Below, piece by piece: positions 50,243-64,000 of a stretch of 64,000 nt of DNA. The translations under genes and the position numbers were made by a program. Source of the DNA: Hydrolagus colliei (Eukaryota); NCBI GenBank assembly GCA_035084275.1, contig CM068759.1, positions 10,044,001-10,108,000 of the forward strand, written 5' to 3'. The notes beneath the pieces were generated by a model. That model searched no databases and had not been told where the DNA came from. It worked only from the letters and a program-made list of their open reading frames with translations. How positions within the stretch are numbered: position 1 is the stretch's first letter; each line of letters opens with the position of its first letter.

Positions 50243-51952
50243 CATTGGGATGCTGCTGTGTGGAATTGGCTGCCGCGTTTCATCCACAAATATGCAGTAC
50301 AATTCACTTTACAATATATTCGTGAAGTGCTTTGAGACGTCTAGAAGACGTGTAAAGCGCTATATCAAATGCAAGGCATATTATTATCTGTCTTTGTTTT
50401 GTCTTTGCCTCTGTTCTCTGCAACTCATTCTCAAAATGCTTATACCTTGTGCCCTGCCCTCTCTACCTTCAAATCCCTCCTGAAAGCTACCTTGTCCTCT
50501 ATGACATTCAGCCCCCTAACCCCCACGACTCCTCCCTTACTCAGTAATCCACACCGACTCCACAAAGCCTTGAGACATTGTGCACACAGCAATGGCACCA
50601 TACAAGTGCACCTTATTGTCATTGTAATATGTGGCAAGGTCACACACAGCCCGAGGACAATTAACTAACATTGGAGCATTTAATGCATCTCCTCAATGCC
50701 AATCTGATTGTCTCTATCAGTGAACGGAGTGATGCGGAAATCAAATGCTGCAAGTAATGGAGAAAGAGAGGACTAGAGGCTGATCTCCACACTGCTACAC
50801 GCAGCGCCACATCCAGCGGAGGTGCACATCAATAGAATAAAACGTCAGTCCACTCTGAAAAACAATTCTTTTGAGACTTTGCACCAGAGGGAAACTTTAA
50901 TTAACCAACCACGGGTTCAGCAAGCTGAGCACATCGTCACACAAACTGCACTCTCACACTCTCGCCACTCGATCAGAAGCTTGTGGGTTCAAGCCCCACA
51001 ATGGCACATCAGCATTTACTCAAGGCTGACACTACGGCGCTGGAATCCTTTACGCGAGACATGAAGCCGCTTGTTCAGGCGTACATTATAAACCCTGTGG
51101 CAACATTTGGGAAGAGAAACGAGTTTCTCCCGGCACGCCAGCTGACAATCGTCTGGATAAAATTGCTCAATTTTTCCTTTGGATCGTTCTTTAGTTTCAA
51201 AGTCTCATGCTCGGAGCAATTTCAGACCTGGTAATAATACCCTATACCCAATTACTATTCACCCTTACCTCAACCCTGGTCTGTCCACCCACGCTTCCCT
51301 TTCTCAAACAAAGATTAATATTTGGCCAAACCCGAGACGGGCAGTGCCAGGAAACTGGGTTCTTTCAAAGGTGCCCAGCTTACATGGGCAGCTAATAATG
51401 TACTTGAAAAGGTTAAGGGCTTTGAAATCCGGTACTTTATGTAACCCAATAAATTCAAGCTAATGCTTTGTATGATGCCACGGCCATAATCTAGAATGAA
51501 TCAGTCTAAAACGCTTCATACAGTGTGTGCTTAAATCATTTGCTTGGTTGAAACTACAACCACCAAGCATATATACTGTTTCTACATGTCTGCATTCCCT
51601 TAATGATAATGCAAAAAATGTGATTGAATCTGTGAAGAGATAGGTTTTGAAAGGAGACAGAGATAAAGACAGATTCAGTTGTTATGACTGCCAGACATTT
51701 GCAGCCATATAACTTTAGAATGCGGTACTTTCTTTAATCCAATCAATTCAGGATAATGCTCTATCTCTTTCTCTTTGTCTGTCTCTCAACCCAATATTTC
51801 TCGTTCTTGCCGAGGTCTCTCTAGTTCAATTCCCAAATCAGACCCAGGCACTGGCGATGACAGCACAGCCCAGCCTGGCTCACCGGCTGGACTTTGAAGG
51901 GTGAACCAGCCGCTGGGGGTAGCTAAGTCAACCCATCAGCTCCTGTGACTAA

Positions 51953-52253
51953 CATTTGATATAGCGCTTTTCACATCTTATGGACGTCCCAAAGCGCTTC
52001 ACAGAATATACTGCAAGTGAATTGACTGTATATTTATGGGCGAAACGCGGCAGCCAAATGCACACAGCAGTGTCCCACAAAAAGCCGTGGATTGAAATGA
52101 CCAATTTTATTATTGTGTTTTTTTAGGGACGGATTATTATTAGGTGTGTGGAGTAAGGGAACTTGCCCAAGGTTTCAACCTGAACTACTTGGATTCGATC
52201 ACAGGTCTCACGCTTTTGTAAGGCGAGTGCTCTAACCACAGAGCTACAGGAGC
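51953..52253 (-). mobile_element. Same SINE family
   Basis: Reverse complement of the consensus; splits an older repeat. Confidence 0.88.
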
Positions 52254-52458
52254 AACAGTTAACCCTGCAAGCCGAAGCCCTATCGGGTAGGGTGGTATTA
52301 GCCGGACAAATAAGAGGGAAAGCTTACCCTACGTCAACCTCCTCGCTCACACGGACGAAAGCCAAAATGAACTCATAGGGACGTTCACAAACTTGACAAT
52401 TTACCATTTGCTTGAGGTGCAATTGACCTCTTTACCTGCTCGCGCCTGTTTCACTCAC

Positions 52459-52662
52459 CTCCACCTCGCACTCGTAGTCTGTGCCATCCAACAGGGTTAT
52501 CTTGCAGGGCACGTTCTTTGGTTTTTTGGACCCCTTCAGTGGAGACTTGGGGATTTTGCCAGGTGTCGTCCGTTCTGATGTCCTGTCATCATCCGTTTCC
52601 CCAGTTTCCTGTTCCTCGATTACTTTTGGAATAGCTTCTGTCTTTTTATCTTTCTCAGCATC
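52459..52662 (-). CDS. EPB41L1: 4.1N exon, U1 region and FERM start (DAEKDK...[13 protein letters not shown]...[16 protein letters not shown])
   Basis: Manual translation of 204 nt; gacag acceptor, GAG|gtgagt donor; resembles human SERTTPSK...CRVTLLDASEYECEVE. Confidence 0.95.
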
Positions 52663-53069
52663 CTGTCAGGCAAAGGAGATATTTATAGTACATTAATAAT
52701 ACTGTGCTTACATTTGATGCATTTATTATTATTATTCGCCTTATCACATCGACATGCCTCAAAGTTTTCTATAAAGTGGAGGGAGTGTGCATTGGTTTGC
52801 ACACTGTTGCGAGACGTTTAGCGCCTTGGGACGTCCTCCCGACGTGAAAGGCGCTATACAAATGTAATTTTATTGTTGCTGTTGTTTAGTCTGGATTACA
52901 GTACGTAGTAATAATTATAGCAATCAATAATAATATAATCCTTGCAGTTGATATAGCTACTTGCGCGTCCAACGTCTAGTGACCATGTGTCATTTTGTAG
53001 GTGGACTAGGTGCTTGTTTGACATCACTTGCATTGCTACCTTTGTGTGTGTGTGTGTGTGTGTGTATAT

Positions 53070-53354
53070 AATAATAATCACTGCATTTGATATTGCGCTT
53101 TCCACAACTTATCGACGTCTCAAAGCACTTCACAGAATATACTGTAAAATGAATTGACTCTATATTTGTGGGAAACGCGGCAGCCAATTGCGCACAGCAG
53201 TGTCCCACAAACAGTGAATTGAAATAACCAATTTAATTATTGTGGGTTTTTTGGAGGGATTATTATTAGGCATGTGGAGTAAGGAAACTTGCCCAAGGTT
53301 TCGCCCTGATCTGCCTGGACGCTTGTAAGGCGAGTGCTCTAATCACTGAGCTCC
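53070..53354 (-). mobile_element. Same SINE family
   Basis: Reverse complement of the consensus. Confidence 0.85.
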
Positions 53355-53503
53355 GTGTATGTGTAAGTGCGATTGTGAGCGTGTGGGGGTCCTGCCTGGA
53401 ATGTAAATTCCAATGTCAGTAGATATGAATTGTGCAGAGAAGCTAAGTCTGCTTGTGGCAAGCCGGCAAAGTCCCAAAGTCCCTTCAAGCGCACTGCCCT
53501 CAC

Positions 53504-53617
53504 CTGCTCCTGTTTGGTGCTGTCCATTCTCTGCTCTTTGCTGGCTGCTATCTCCTGATTTGGTTGTTCCTCAAGAGCATTCTTCAACTCAGAATCCATG
53601 GCGGATTCCGTTGTCAT
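53504..53617 (-). CDS. EPB41L1: Protein 4.1N first coding exon (MTTESAMDSELKNALEEQP...KQEQ)
   Basis: MTTE start typical of the 4.1 family; long pyrimidine tract and cag acceptor before 53631; CAG|gtgag donor; phase 0. Confidence 0.93.
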
Positions 53618-55228
53618 AGTTACAAATTATTCTGCGTAAGTGGAAGGGTGGGGGAGGAAGAAGGAGAGAGGGAAATAAAATCATTACCTACTATTAAGTG
53701 TAAGCTGAAAGGCAACTTGAAAAGGCTACTGAGCGGAGAGAACAGCAATACACAGCACAGCAATATTTCAAGCATAAAAACAAGACAATTGGCAGCTTGA
53801 CTTTCAACCCTGCCAGTATTTTGTATCCTTTATGAGAAAAATGGTGTCACAATAAATTTCTCATCACCCACTGGATAGAAAGAAAAGGCGTGGCAAATAA
53901 ATGAATCTCTCGCTCCTAAAACAAAACGGCATTGTTATGTTGTTGTGCTCTACCCGTCACTACTGTAGAGCTGAACCCAGGAAGTTAACGCCAAATGCCC
54001 TCGAAGCCGGATTGTGGGGCAGAAATTGCAACTGGTGAAAATGTTCTTTTCTTTTGTGAAACGTTCTGGGTTACGTTACATAAATTACATTTTACATTTG
54101 TGTCGGCGCGAGGGAAAAAGCTGCGTTTCGCTTCACTTTCGGGTCACAACGACGACAAATTGTATGAATATAACGCCCTTCTTGCAGGGTAGCGTTCCGG
54201 AGATTTGACGGTGGCGGAGTTGGGGGGGGGGGGGGGGAAATGGACGGGGACACACACACACGCACGCACACACACACACACACACACCGAAAGTCATCCG
54301 CAGGCCCTCAATTTAAGAATTCTCCCACAGTTTTCCGTGTGACGTTCAATTTTAAATCAAAATGAGAAAAGAGAGTAAAGGGAGAGGGAAAGCTCTGGGT
54401 CTCTTGAGCGCGAGGGCACATCTGTGATTCGTTCCAATCAGGATCAGCTTCATCAAAACCAGAAAACTATAGCGTAAGCTCGGAAACATTTAGAGGCCGT
54501 GTGTTTCTCAACCGCATTTTATCAGCCCCCATTTTACATCCACAGACATACACAGAAGCGGAAAAATGTATGGCAGAAGACATCCCGTTCAGTCCAACCC
54601 CATCCCACTCACAGTAGAGAACAAAGAACAACAATAACAACCAAATAATTATAATAATAATTTGGTGACTCAAATCAAGACCGTTTGCGGGACACTGCAG
54701 TGCGCGATTGGCTGTCACATTTCACACACAAAATACAGTCAATTCTCTTTACACTTTACAGTCAGTTACTATTTTATTCGGTGAAGCGCCTTGAGACGTC
54801 TCAACGACGTGATAAGGCGCAATATCAAATGCAAGGATTATTATCAGCATTATTATTACTTAACCAAACCCGTAATGTGTTTTTTTCTTCCCTCTCTGTC
54901 GACCCGACGCATTTTGAAAGGACGGTTTCACACCGTCATCCTGAGTGGCCGATTAACTGCTCTGGTTTATTTAATGTGCGGCATTAATGCAGCTCCTGCG
55001 ATCGCAGAGCAGTCATTCAGTCAGTCACAGGTTTAAAAACCTGGTATGCTGACTGCCGGAATGATTGCAACTCATTTCTGCCTCCAGGAATTTTCCACAC
55101 CGCTCACGTGACGCTAAATGTCGGCTCTTAAGGATGCTACTCTCTGCTCTGTACTCCTCGCACAGTGGGGGGGCCAGAATCTTTCCAACGCCCTCAGCAA
55201 GATCACTGCGGGCATGGAGGGCAGCAGG

Positions 55229-55259
55229 GGTGGGGGGGGGGGGGGGGGGGGGGGGGGGG
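55229..55259 (+). repeat. Poly-G tract
   Basis: Long G run; other G runs near 30907 and 54222, and a C run at 373-390. Confidence 0.85.
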
Positions 55260-56484
55260 AGAGAGTCGGTTTGACCAAAGCCGTGGTCAAATAGAAAAAC
55301 TATTTCGGTTTGAATCGTACCTTGCACGTCAGAAGGATACTGGGACACCACTGCTGTGCGCAATTGGCAGCCTCATTTCGCCCACTAAATATACGGTCAA
55401 TTCACTTTACAGTATATTCTGTGCGGTATATTCTTTGAGACGTCTCGAAGACATGATAGTGCGCTTTGTCAATTGCAAGGATTAGTATTATTATTATTTA
55501 TTGCAAACTACTTTACACAACTGACTGGTAGCAACGGCTGCTTGGATCTAGTTTCATTAGTTTAATTACAGTCACCTACAGTCAATCCACTTTGCAATAT
55601 ATCCTGTGAAGCACTTTGAGACGTCTCAACAACCTGATAAGGTGCTGTATAAATAACAAGGATTATTATTATTATTATTTTCTATCTCATATATACGCCC
55701 TCCCATTTTGGACTCATCACCAAGTGTAAACAGCCCATCCTAGTCCACCGTATCGATTCCTTTCAATACCCTAGCGTACCTCTATCGGGTCCCTTCTCGA
55801 GAGTCTCAATTTGAGAGAGAGATGAGCTCCAAACTGTCCACTCATCTTCAAATCCACCGACTTCCTACTCTTGAAACACTCTCCCTCAATCCCTGCGCCT
55901 TGCCCTCTCCTCCTTTCTCTCCCACTTTTCAAGTCTTGCCTGAAAACCATCGCCTTCCATCGTGCTTCGGGCCACATTTCCCAGCTCGGAATCCGGCTCT
56001 GACACTTGAGAAGCTAACCAGCGTCGAGGGCGCTGTATAAGTGAAAGTTGTTGTTATATCTGTATCATCCCTCATCCCAGGCAATCTACTCCATCCTCCC
56101 TCCAATGCTGCTTGGCCACCGATCACAAAGCCTTTGTGAATTCCCGAGGTAGGGATGAACACTTAAGCAGTGTCACCAGTCACCATTAAGCACTGTTTTT
56201 TTTTAACAGCTATTCCCCCCCCCACCACCCCCCACAGCTCGGGCTCGAAACAAACACTGACCTTTCTTGCCCCATCCATTTCAAACTTATGTTCCGTTGT
56301 CAAGGTGACCACCGACCCGGGTGTCGCAAAAAAACTACCGCAGCGATAGGAACACAATTTATTGCCAAGTTTGCTGTGAATTCATCTCCGAGATGCAAGA
56401 AGAGTATCGGAGAAAGCAGCAGAACTGAGGAAGGGACGGATCGAAGACGGAATTGTCTCCGAAATGCTGGAATGCAAACCCTTT

Positions 56485-56522
<38 letters not shown>

Positions 56523-58098
56523 CTGTTTCTAAGCAACCTAAACAGTGTCAAATATAATCTCTCTCTTTCTCACTCCCTCTCTCTTTCTCTCCCAAATAAA
56601 TCCTGGTTTGGATGATAACATTCATCCAAAATCGCAAAGCCTGAGACTCGGGAGGCAAATCGCCTTCAGGAGTGGTTGTAAGATATTACGTTTCCCATCG
56701 GAATTTATCACCGATTTTTTTTAGATGTCTTTTTCCGACAAAGGACGGGGAGGTTTCCATATCCATTATCTGAGCCGCAGTAACAATTCAGTTCTAACCC
56801 AACAGCCCATTTATAGACCACTGTCAAGTATATGGGTGTAATGTGTGTATATATAGTGTGTACGCTGTATATATGTGTGTGATATACACTTAGCCCACGC
56901 ATAACGTCGCAGCTGTATTTGCAAAAAGTGCGACTCTAGGCGAAACAACATCAAGCGAACCCGCGCAAGAATGCCGGAGGGTCTGTGTGTGCCTACACTA
57001 CCCAAAATTATTCGTTTCCACACACGCTAACGACGTAATAGCGAACGTTGTGAGGTTAAATGAAAGTATGTTGCCCATGTATCAGCAACCTAATAAACAA
57101 AACAACGTTGAACGAATCGGCGTTAAGCGAGGTCTACCTGCACGCAACAATAGCTTGCATTTATACAGATCCCTCGACGCTGGCTAGCGTCTCGGAGTGC
57201 TTAACAGTGGGAGCTCGACAACAAGCTGGGGAAGGGAGCAGGTAACCGTAGGCAGAGTGGAAGAGGAAGGACTTCAGGCTTGGTCTGAAAATGGAAGAGG
57301 AGGGGGCACGGTGGAGGCTTTGAGGGAGAGAATTCGAAAGCTTTGGGGCTGAGAGCACGGCTACCGATGGTGGAGCAAGGAGGACAAGGGACAAACAGGT
57401 GGCCGGCCGGAGCCAGCAGATCAGGCAGCAGGATGTGCACAAAGCAGGTCGGAGAGTTAGGGAGGTGCCAAGGCATTAAGGGCGTAGACGATGTATGCAG
57501 TATGTGTACATATACTTGTCATGTAAATGTGTGTGTGTGTCGAGCGCATACAGTGTATCTATGGGGAGTGTACTGCATAGGGTATGTGTATGTAGCCTAT
57601 AAATCTGTGAGTATTCTATGTTGCGTGTGTAATGTGTATGCACACTGTGCCAGATTCAAAACAACTAGGCCCCTTTCTCTCTGCTCAGTGGTGTCAAAAT
57701 TCATCCTGGAGCCAAACGGAATCGTACTTGACAGTTTAATACAACACCAAATAAAGGCAACGACTTTCAGATTGAATCTCAGAAATGCCCAACAACATTG
57801 GAAGCAACGCGGGGGACTCAAAAGTCACCAAATCCATCAAAAGGACATAGGGGCTTGGTGTCATATCTAATATTGGTTTGGATTTGTGCCAAAGCACAAA
57901 TATTGCACTGTACATTGCTGGCCTACTCGGGGCTATCAATGAGGTGTATTAACTTTGACACTGCAACTACTTTTGTGGTCTCAATTGCTGAATCTCGGTC
58001 AACTTCAACGTTCTGTGGTCAACTGTGTTATCCTGGTAACCAAACTCACATCACACTGACCTACACATCACACATCACACTGAGCTCCTGTGGCTTGT

Positions 58099-58424
58099 GG
58101 AGCTCCTGTAGCTCAGTGGTTAGTGCACTTGTCTTGCAAGCTGGGGAGACCTGTGTGCAAATCCAGGCAGGTCAGGGCGAAACCTTGGGCAAGTTTCCTT
58201 ACTCCACACGCCTAATAATAATCCCTCCAAAAACCACAATAATAAAATTGATCATTTCAATCCACGACTGTGTGTGGGACACTGCTGTGCGCAATTGGCT
58301 GCTGCGATTCGCCCACAAATATATAGTCAATTCACTTTACAGTATATTCTGTGAAGCGCTTTGGGACGTCGATAAGATGTGAAAAGCGCTATATCAAATG
58401 CAAGGATTATTATTATTATTATTA
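58099..58424 (+). mobile_element. Same SINE family, left arm of an inverted pair
   Basis: Full-length copy. Confidence 0.9.
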
Positions 58425-58490
58425 TAACGGGAACTCCTCTCGGAAGAAAACTAATTCCGGAGAGGGATTTCCGTGGTCGATAAGATCTGT

Positions 58491-58808
58491 TAATAATAAT
58501 AATAATAATAATAACCCTTGCATTTGATATGGCGCTTTTCACGTCTTCTAGACATCTCAAAGCGCTTCACAGAATATACTGTAAAGTGAATTGGACTGCA
58601 TATTTGTGGCCGAAACACAGCAAACAATTGCGCAATGCGGTGTCCCACAAACAGTCGTGGATTGAAATAACCAATTTATTATTGTGTTTTTTTGAGGGAT
58701 TATTATTAGGTGTGTGGAGTAAGAAAACTTGTCCAAGGTTTCGCTCTGCCTGGAATCGAACCTAGGTCTTTCGCTTGTAAGGCGAGTGCTCTAAGCACTG
58801 AGCTACAG
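58491..58808 (-). mobile_element. Same SINE family, right arm of an inverted pair
   Basis: Full-length reverse copy. Confidence 0.9.
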
Positions 58809-60291
58809 AAACCCTTTAAGGAATCGTGTTAAGAAATAGCCCAAATTAGACCTCATTGCAAACTGAATCAACCCATTAAATGTGATGACTTAATCAATGA
58901 GTTGATAATAAAACAATAAATCTTCTATCTGATATACTGGCCTTTGCCTCAGAAAGTCTCAAAACACTTCATGCGATGTACGGTACATGACGGTATACAG
59001 TATTTTGCAGGTTAGTGCAGCAGCCAAATGGTGCACAAACAGTCCAGAAGAAGAGTATGACCAATTTCTATCTGGGGGATTGTTGGCAAGAACATCGGGA
59101 AAAACTCCCATCTCTTTTCAAGCCGTGCCACAGGATCTTTACCGTCCACGTGAACAGGCAGACAGGACGTTAATATCTCATCTGAAGGATAGCATTTAAA
59201 ACAATGCAGCACTTCCTCCCAGCGTTGTATTGGAACGTCAGCCGAGAGTTGCAAGTTTAAAGTGCCACATGGGGCTTGAACGCTCAACCTTCTGACTTAA
59301 AGAGGCTACTGCCAACTGAGCCAGGCTCCCTCACATACACACAATGCCTTGATATGAGGGGCATCAAGCAACTTTGGCTGCTGAAAGCTGAGAGTGGGTT
59401 ATGTCTGTGCTCTGAATAAATTCCATCAAAGACTCTTTGGAACTTTGCGCAGTATTAATTATTCATTGCATTAAAATGTGCACCTTAAAAAGGGTTAGAT
59501 CGACGCTTAGCATGAATAAAACATTTAGAATAGGTAGGTTTGAACTTATTTAGCTACACAAACAGTGTGCAAAAAAAATCACCCTCTTTCACATCTGCAT
59601 ATTTACATTGTGTCTGTCATTGCGAGATCCAAGAAAAAAATATTCTTATTTAAACACATCCTGAAGGTATCATAGGGGGAGGGGGGGGAATTCTGTCTAC
59701 TTTCGGCTGAAATTGAAGTTAGCAATCTCTAAAGCTATATTTTTAACAGTGAGAAATCCGGTTATCATAGTTAATAACGAAAGGGAAATTTTTTTTTCTT
59801 TTTAACCATTAGCATTAATTCCCCGGTGACTCCAATTTACGATTTCATTAAGATTCTCGTTTCAGATTTTTATGCCCTTGAGCTCAGGTGCGTAGTATTT
59901 TAAAAAAACGTGATGTTCTCCGTTTTTGTTATCGCCTGAGCAAACGGCATCCAATAAACCACAGCTTCCAGTAAATCATGTCAAGCACTTTCTTACACAA
60001 CACACGTGCACGGCCATACGTACGAATTCACATGTACACACCATGTATATACGCACACATACACCATATGGATTTTAAACACACTAGGGCATTACAGTAT
60101 TAAGATTTTCTGCTAAACTCCAGATGATGTGCCCAGCAAACGATTTAAGAAATATGGACTTTGAAAATTGCATTCAGCACACTGAAAATCTGTACGCCTG
60201 AGTCCCTTAAACCAGGATTAGGAGGGAGAAACACAAAACCCAAATCCTTAAGACATAAAATTCGATGCTCAGCTTTGCTGCGAAGCAATTA

Positions 60292-61033
60292 CAGTAAAAG
60301 CTCGTTTATACGGCACCCGTGGGACTTGGCCAATGTCGGTTACAGCGCCTGTCGCATATTCGGGTGGCCCGCGGCCGAAAACCCACCACAAAAACATTGA
60401 CGTTCTTTTAACATACACCATACGCACCAGACTAAATATTAACAGATAATAACAGAATATTGCATTGGTACTTATTGTAAAAACTCCTCTCTTGTGCTTC
60501 TCACCTTTACTGGTTGAGGATTATAGTCCTCACAAATTCTTTTTAAAATCGAGGACGCCAAGCAGGTGAAAAAAACGGCAGCATGACTTAAAAGTTGCGC
60601 GACTTTACTAGCAGCAAGCCGATAGCCCTAGACTCTACAAGCGGCAAACGGAAATACTGCACTTGCGCGACAATGTGGGTTATCGGTTAAGGTTATCGGC
60701 TTGCCGCTAGTAAGGCTTTAAAGTTGCGCTCTGTTTTTTTCACCTGTCTGGCGTCCTCCATTTTAAAACGAATCGCTGGACTATAAACCTCAACCACAGC
60801 ATCATGGCTTCAAGTGCAGCATCTACCAGCAAAGGTGAGAAGTGCAAGAGAGTAGTTTTAACAATAAGTACCAATACAATATTCTATTATTATCTGTTAT
60901 TATTTATGTTTACAAATGCTTCACCGCTATTGTTGCGGATAAGTTCCAGTTTATCGAATGGGGACTTTTTTTTGGTGAGCCGGTTATACGGAAGTGACGG
61001 TTCGTCGAGTCACGGATAAACGGGCTTCTACTG
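60292..61033 (-). mobile_element. Tigger/pogo-like MITE, copy 2 (opposite orientation)
   Basis: TA|CAGTAAAAGCTCG...GGCTTCTACTG|TA; reverse-complement homolog of 37488-38151. Confidence 0.85.
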
Positions 61034-61449
61034 TAGTTTTCATCTACAGTAGTTTCAATCGATGATGAAACTACTATTGTAAAAATTGGAACTGGTTTTA
61101 TTTGGGAACATTTTGCTTTCATGGAATGCAGTGATATATTTGGACCTATCCGAATAATAATGGTCACTTTTGATGTAGCATCTTGTCATGTTGTCGAAAC
61201 GTAACAAAAGACCTTCACAGGATTTGCTGCTGAGACTATGTTAGCTCAAAAGTCCTGACCAGAGGCTCGAATCCACAAGCTTCTGACTCAGAGACAAGAT
61301 GAGCCAGGCTGACACCACGCCTATTGAAAGTAGAATGGGGTAAGTTGCAATCTGTGACACTGATACAATTGTTAAAGGTAGGCTTCAGAGCAGCCTGTGT
61401 GGGTGTGAGCATCTCAGTACTATGCACTCACTACCCAAGACGCAAGTTC

Positions 61450-61910
61450 ATCGTGGCTCAGTGTTCGTAGCACTCTCATCTCTCAGTTAGAACTTAAGAG
61501 GGTTTTTTAGCCCCACATCGGGATTTGGTATCACATAATCATAAACAATGCAGTGTTTGGGTGGGGTGAGGGGATAGAGTTACATTGTTGGGGATGCCAA
61601 CAATCAAACCGAGATCCCATCTAGCTGTTCAGTTGGAATTTTAAGATTCCAGTGTGTGGGTGTGCACATAAATGTATGTTTGAAAACAGGAGGGAGTTTC
61701 TCCCGATGTCCTGGCCAAACCAATCCCCCAAAATAAAATTGGTCACTCTCTCCATGGCCGTTGACTTGGGACTTGACTCTGCACAAATTAGCTGCCGCAT
61801 TTCGCCCAGAAAATAGTCAAATCCGCTTTGCAGTCTCTCTCTCTCTCTCCTGTGAAGCGTTTTTAAAACGTGAGAAGGAACAGAAATCCAATGTAAGGAT
61901 TAGTATTCTA
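61450..61910 (+). mobile_element. Older SacSINE1/AmnSINE-like DeuSINE remnant
   Basis: Degenerate head, gagtttctcccgatgtcctggcc segment and Deu core; related remnants at about 22690-22900, 48910-49040 and 58900-59330. Confidence 0.6.
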
Positions 61911-64000
61911 ATATTATTGTTATGATAGACAGCTCTCCAGGCCAACGATTCCCATGAGAAAACTCAACAGGCTTACTCAGCGGGAGCAAGGAAGGAAACC
62001 GCATGCAAAACGTGCTTTGATAGCCAGTTACAGCATGACATTGGCAAAGGATCTGAAAGCAGCTCTTCCCACCCCAACCCCCCTCCCCATCAAGGAAGGC
62101 ATAAAATGCAGGGGGAAAAAATACAAGAGGAGAAATTCATTGAAACATGAGGGAGTTTGATACCAGCGCAAGGAGTTAATGTCTCACTGCCGCGGGCAGG
62201 TACAGGCTAGCTTAATTCTATCCTGCTTGGTTTAGTTCAGGTCATGCTGTCAAGACATTAGCTTTTAACACAGTGTTGCTGAGGTCTTCTTTATGTGAGG
62301 CTGTGTCAATTCTCCAGCAGTCGTGTAGCAAACTCGGTGGGAGCGCATGTCAGATTCTCGAATCATTTTAATAATAATAAACCATGATTTTGCCTTTCAA
62401 GTCAAGAGAACATATCAAAAGTTCTTGAAATGGATTTACTGTAATCCGCAGTGAATATGTGCTTTCTATCGCGGTACAAATTTCCTCACAGCAATATCCT
62501 CGCAGCAAACAGCCATGAAGCAAATGACAAATTTTTGTTTGGGGTGGGGAGATTGTTGGCCAGAACTTTGGGAGAAACTCCCTTCTCTTTTTGAGTTGGG
62601 AATCTTCAGTGACCAGGCAGACTAGAGTATTGAGACACTTTCTCACATGATAGGGACTATATACCTAAAGCATGGATTATTTATCATTCAATGCTGCTCT
62701 CACAGACTCCCTTGGTAGAAACGTGCTGACACGCATTGAAAGCGTTACAGGGAGCTTGCTGATCCATTGTTATAGAGCTCCATAGGGCTGCAATATTTAA
62801 TTATTACATGCCGATGGCAAATTAATTGCATTTTCTGGACCATTTGAATCATAGCCAAGCAACAATAATCGTCTTGTGTGCCTTTTAACAGCACAAAATA
62901 ATGTCCAAAACGTAAAGTCTATTTTCCATTCTTATTGATGTCAACTAACAACAATAAATTACATTGGTATTGCGCCTTTCACGTCGAGAGGACGTCCCAA
63001 GGCGCTGGACAGTCGGGGGTTTGGACCTGAGCAGGTTTGAGAGACGGGCAAAGCGACCGACAAAATATTACAATGGGGGACACAAAACATTGAGGCATCT
63101 AATATACGAGATTTCTTAAAAGGCTTTATAAATTAGACACACTGAACTGCGTTAGTAATAATAATAACACTTGCATTTGATCTAGCGTTTTCACGTCTTC
63201 TAGACGTCCCAAAGCGCTTCACAGAATATACTGTAAAGTGAATCGACTGTATATTTGTGGGTGAAACGCAGCAGCCAACTGTGCACAGCAGTACAGAAAT
63301 ATGTTCACGCCAGACTAGGCAAGCGCTGATACTTTGCGATGAGGAATCTCGCATTTTGGAAAGCGAATAGCGAAGGGGAAGGGAGCAGCCCAAGAAAACA
63401 GGCATCTCGACCCTCAATGCGCTGACAAGAGACACGCATAGACAGAGAGTGAGACGCAAGAGAGTGAGACACATTCACTTGAGAGGAGCTCGCAGGCAGT
63501 GGGGGAAAACGATTGCAAATAGCAACCGGTAAGAACAGCTGTCACACAAAGCGAATCTGCTCCCTGATTTTGTTAATTAAATGAAATATTCTTGTAGAAT
63601 GGCCTCTTGGGGGTTCAATGGAAATGTTTGGTGGTAAAATGTAGTTAAAAAAGTGTCTATCGTCTATTAGGAAGAGATATTCAGACTTTAGGCACATCCA
63701 TTCCAGCAGATCTGAACATTCAAGCCATCCGATACACACTACATGATGTTAGTAACTTCATCGCTATAAAGAGACTTTGTCTCGCCCTCACTCCCCCGTC
63801 CACATCACCAGGAAATAAAATCTTTTACCTCTTGATCTTTCCCAACCCCATTCTCCTCCTTCCTCCCATCTCCCAATAAACTGAGGACCCAACACTGTTG
63901 CGTCCTCCTCCTACATAGATAAGATACCAGATAAACAAAACACAAAATACTACAGATGCTGGGAATCTGAAACAAAAATAAAAGTTGCTGGGGAAACTCA

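Noticed and set aside
52330-52375. HDV-like ribozyme (cctcctcgc loop)
   Set aside because: No complementary P3/P1 strands could be built around it
53990-57140. CpG-richer patches as promoter or first exon
   Set aside because: No clear donor or start site; 56900-57140 looks like a Tigger-type end. The first exon is left unassigned
57798-58382. 194-aa plus-strand ORF and similar short ORFs
   Set aside because: Read-through of SINE sequence; the same peptide recurs in other SINE copies

Overview
Vertebrate genomic DNA. The repeat landscape (tRNA-headed Deu-domain SINEs with L2-type tails, L2/CR1 fragments, shark-type Penelope ends) points to a cartilaginous fish, most likely a chimaera such as Callorhinchus milii; this is inference. 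Most of the window is one minus-strand gene, EPB41L1 (protein 4.1N). I reconstructed its coding exons by hand from the ATG at 53617 to the TAA at 5445-5447: FERM, FERM-adjacent, SAB-like and C-terminal domains, about 1777 aa if every candidate exon is included. The non-coding first exon(s) and promoter were not located. The most interesting region is the block of phase-0 cassette exons between the FERM-adjacent domain and the CTD. It holds a 36-nt mini-exon, 108- and 135-nt candidate exons, and a ~2.5-kb giant exon. The giant exon begins with an ankyrin-B-like LIR motif (EEWVII), carries internal peptide repeats, and its 3' splice site region is duplicated 1.2 kb upstream. One FERM intron is GC-AG. 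The introns contain a BED-finger hAT element with a perfect 8-bp TSD, hAT and Tigger-like MITEs, many SINEs including a tail-to-tail inverted pair, and an unclassified repeat family. I found no solid evidence for a wholly new multi-gene system; the giant-exon/LIR module is the best lead.
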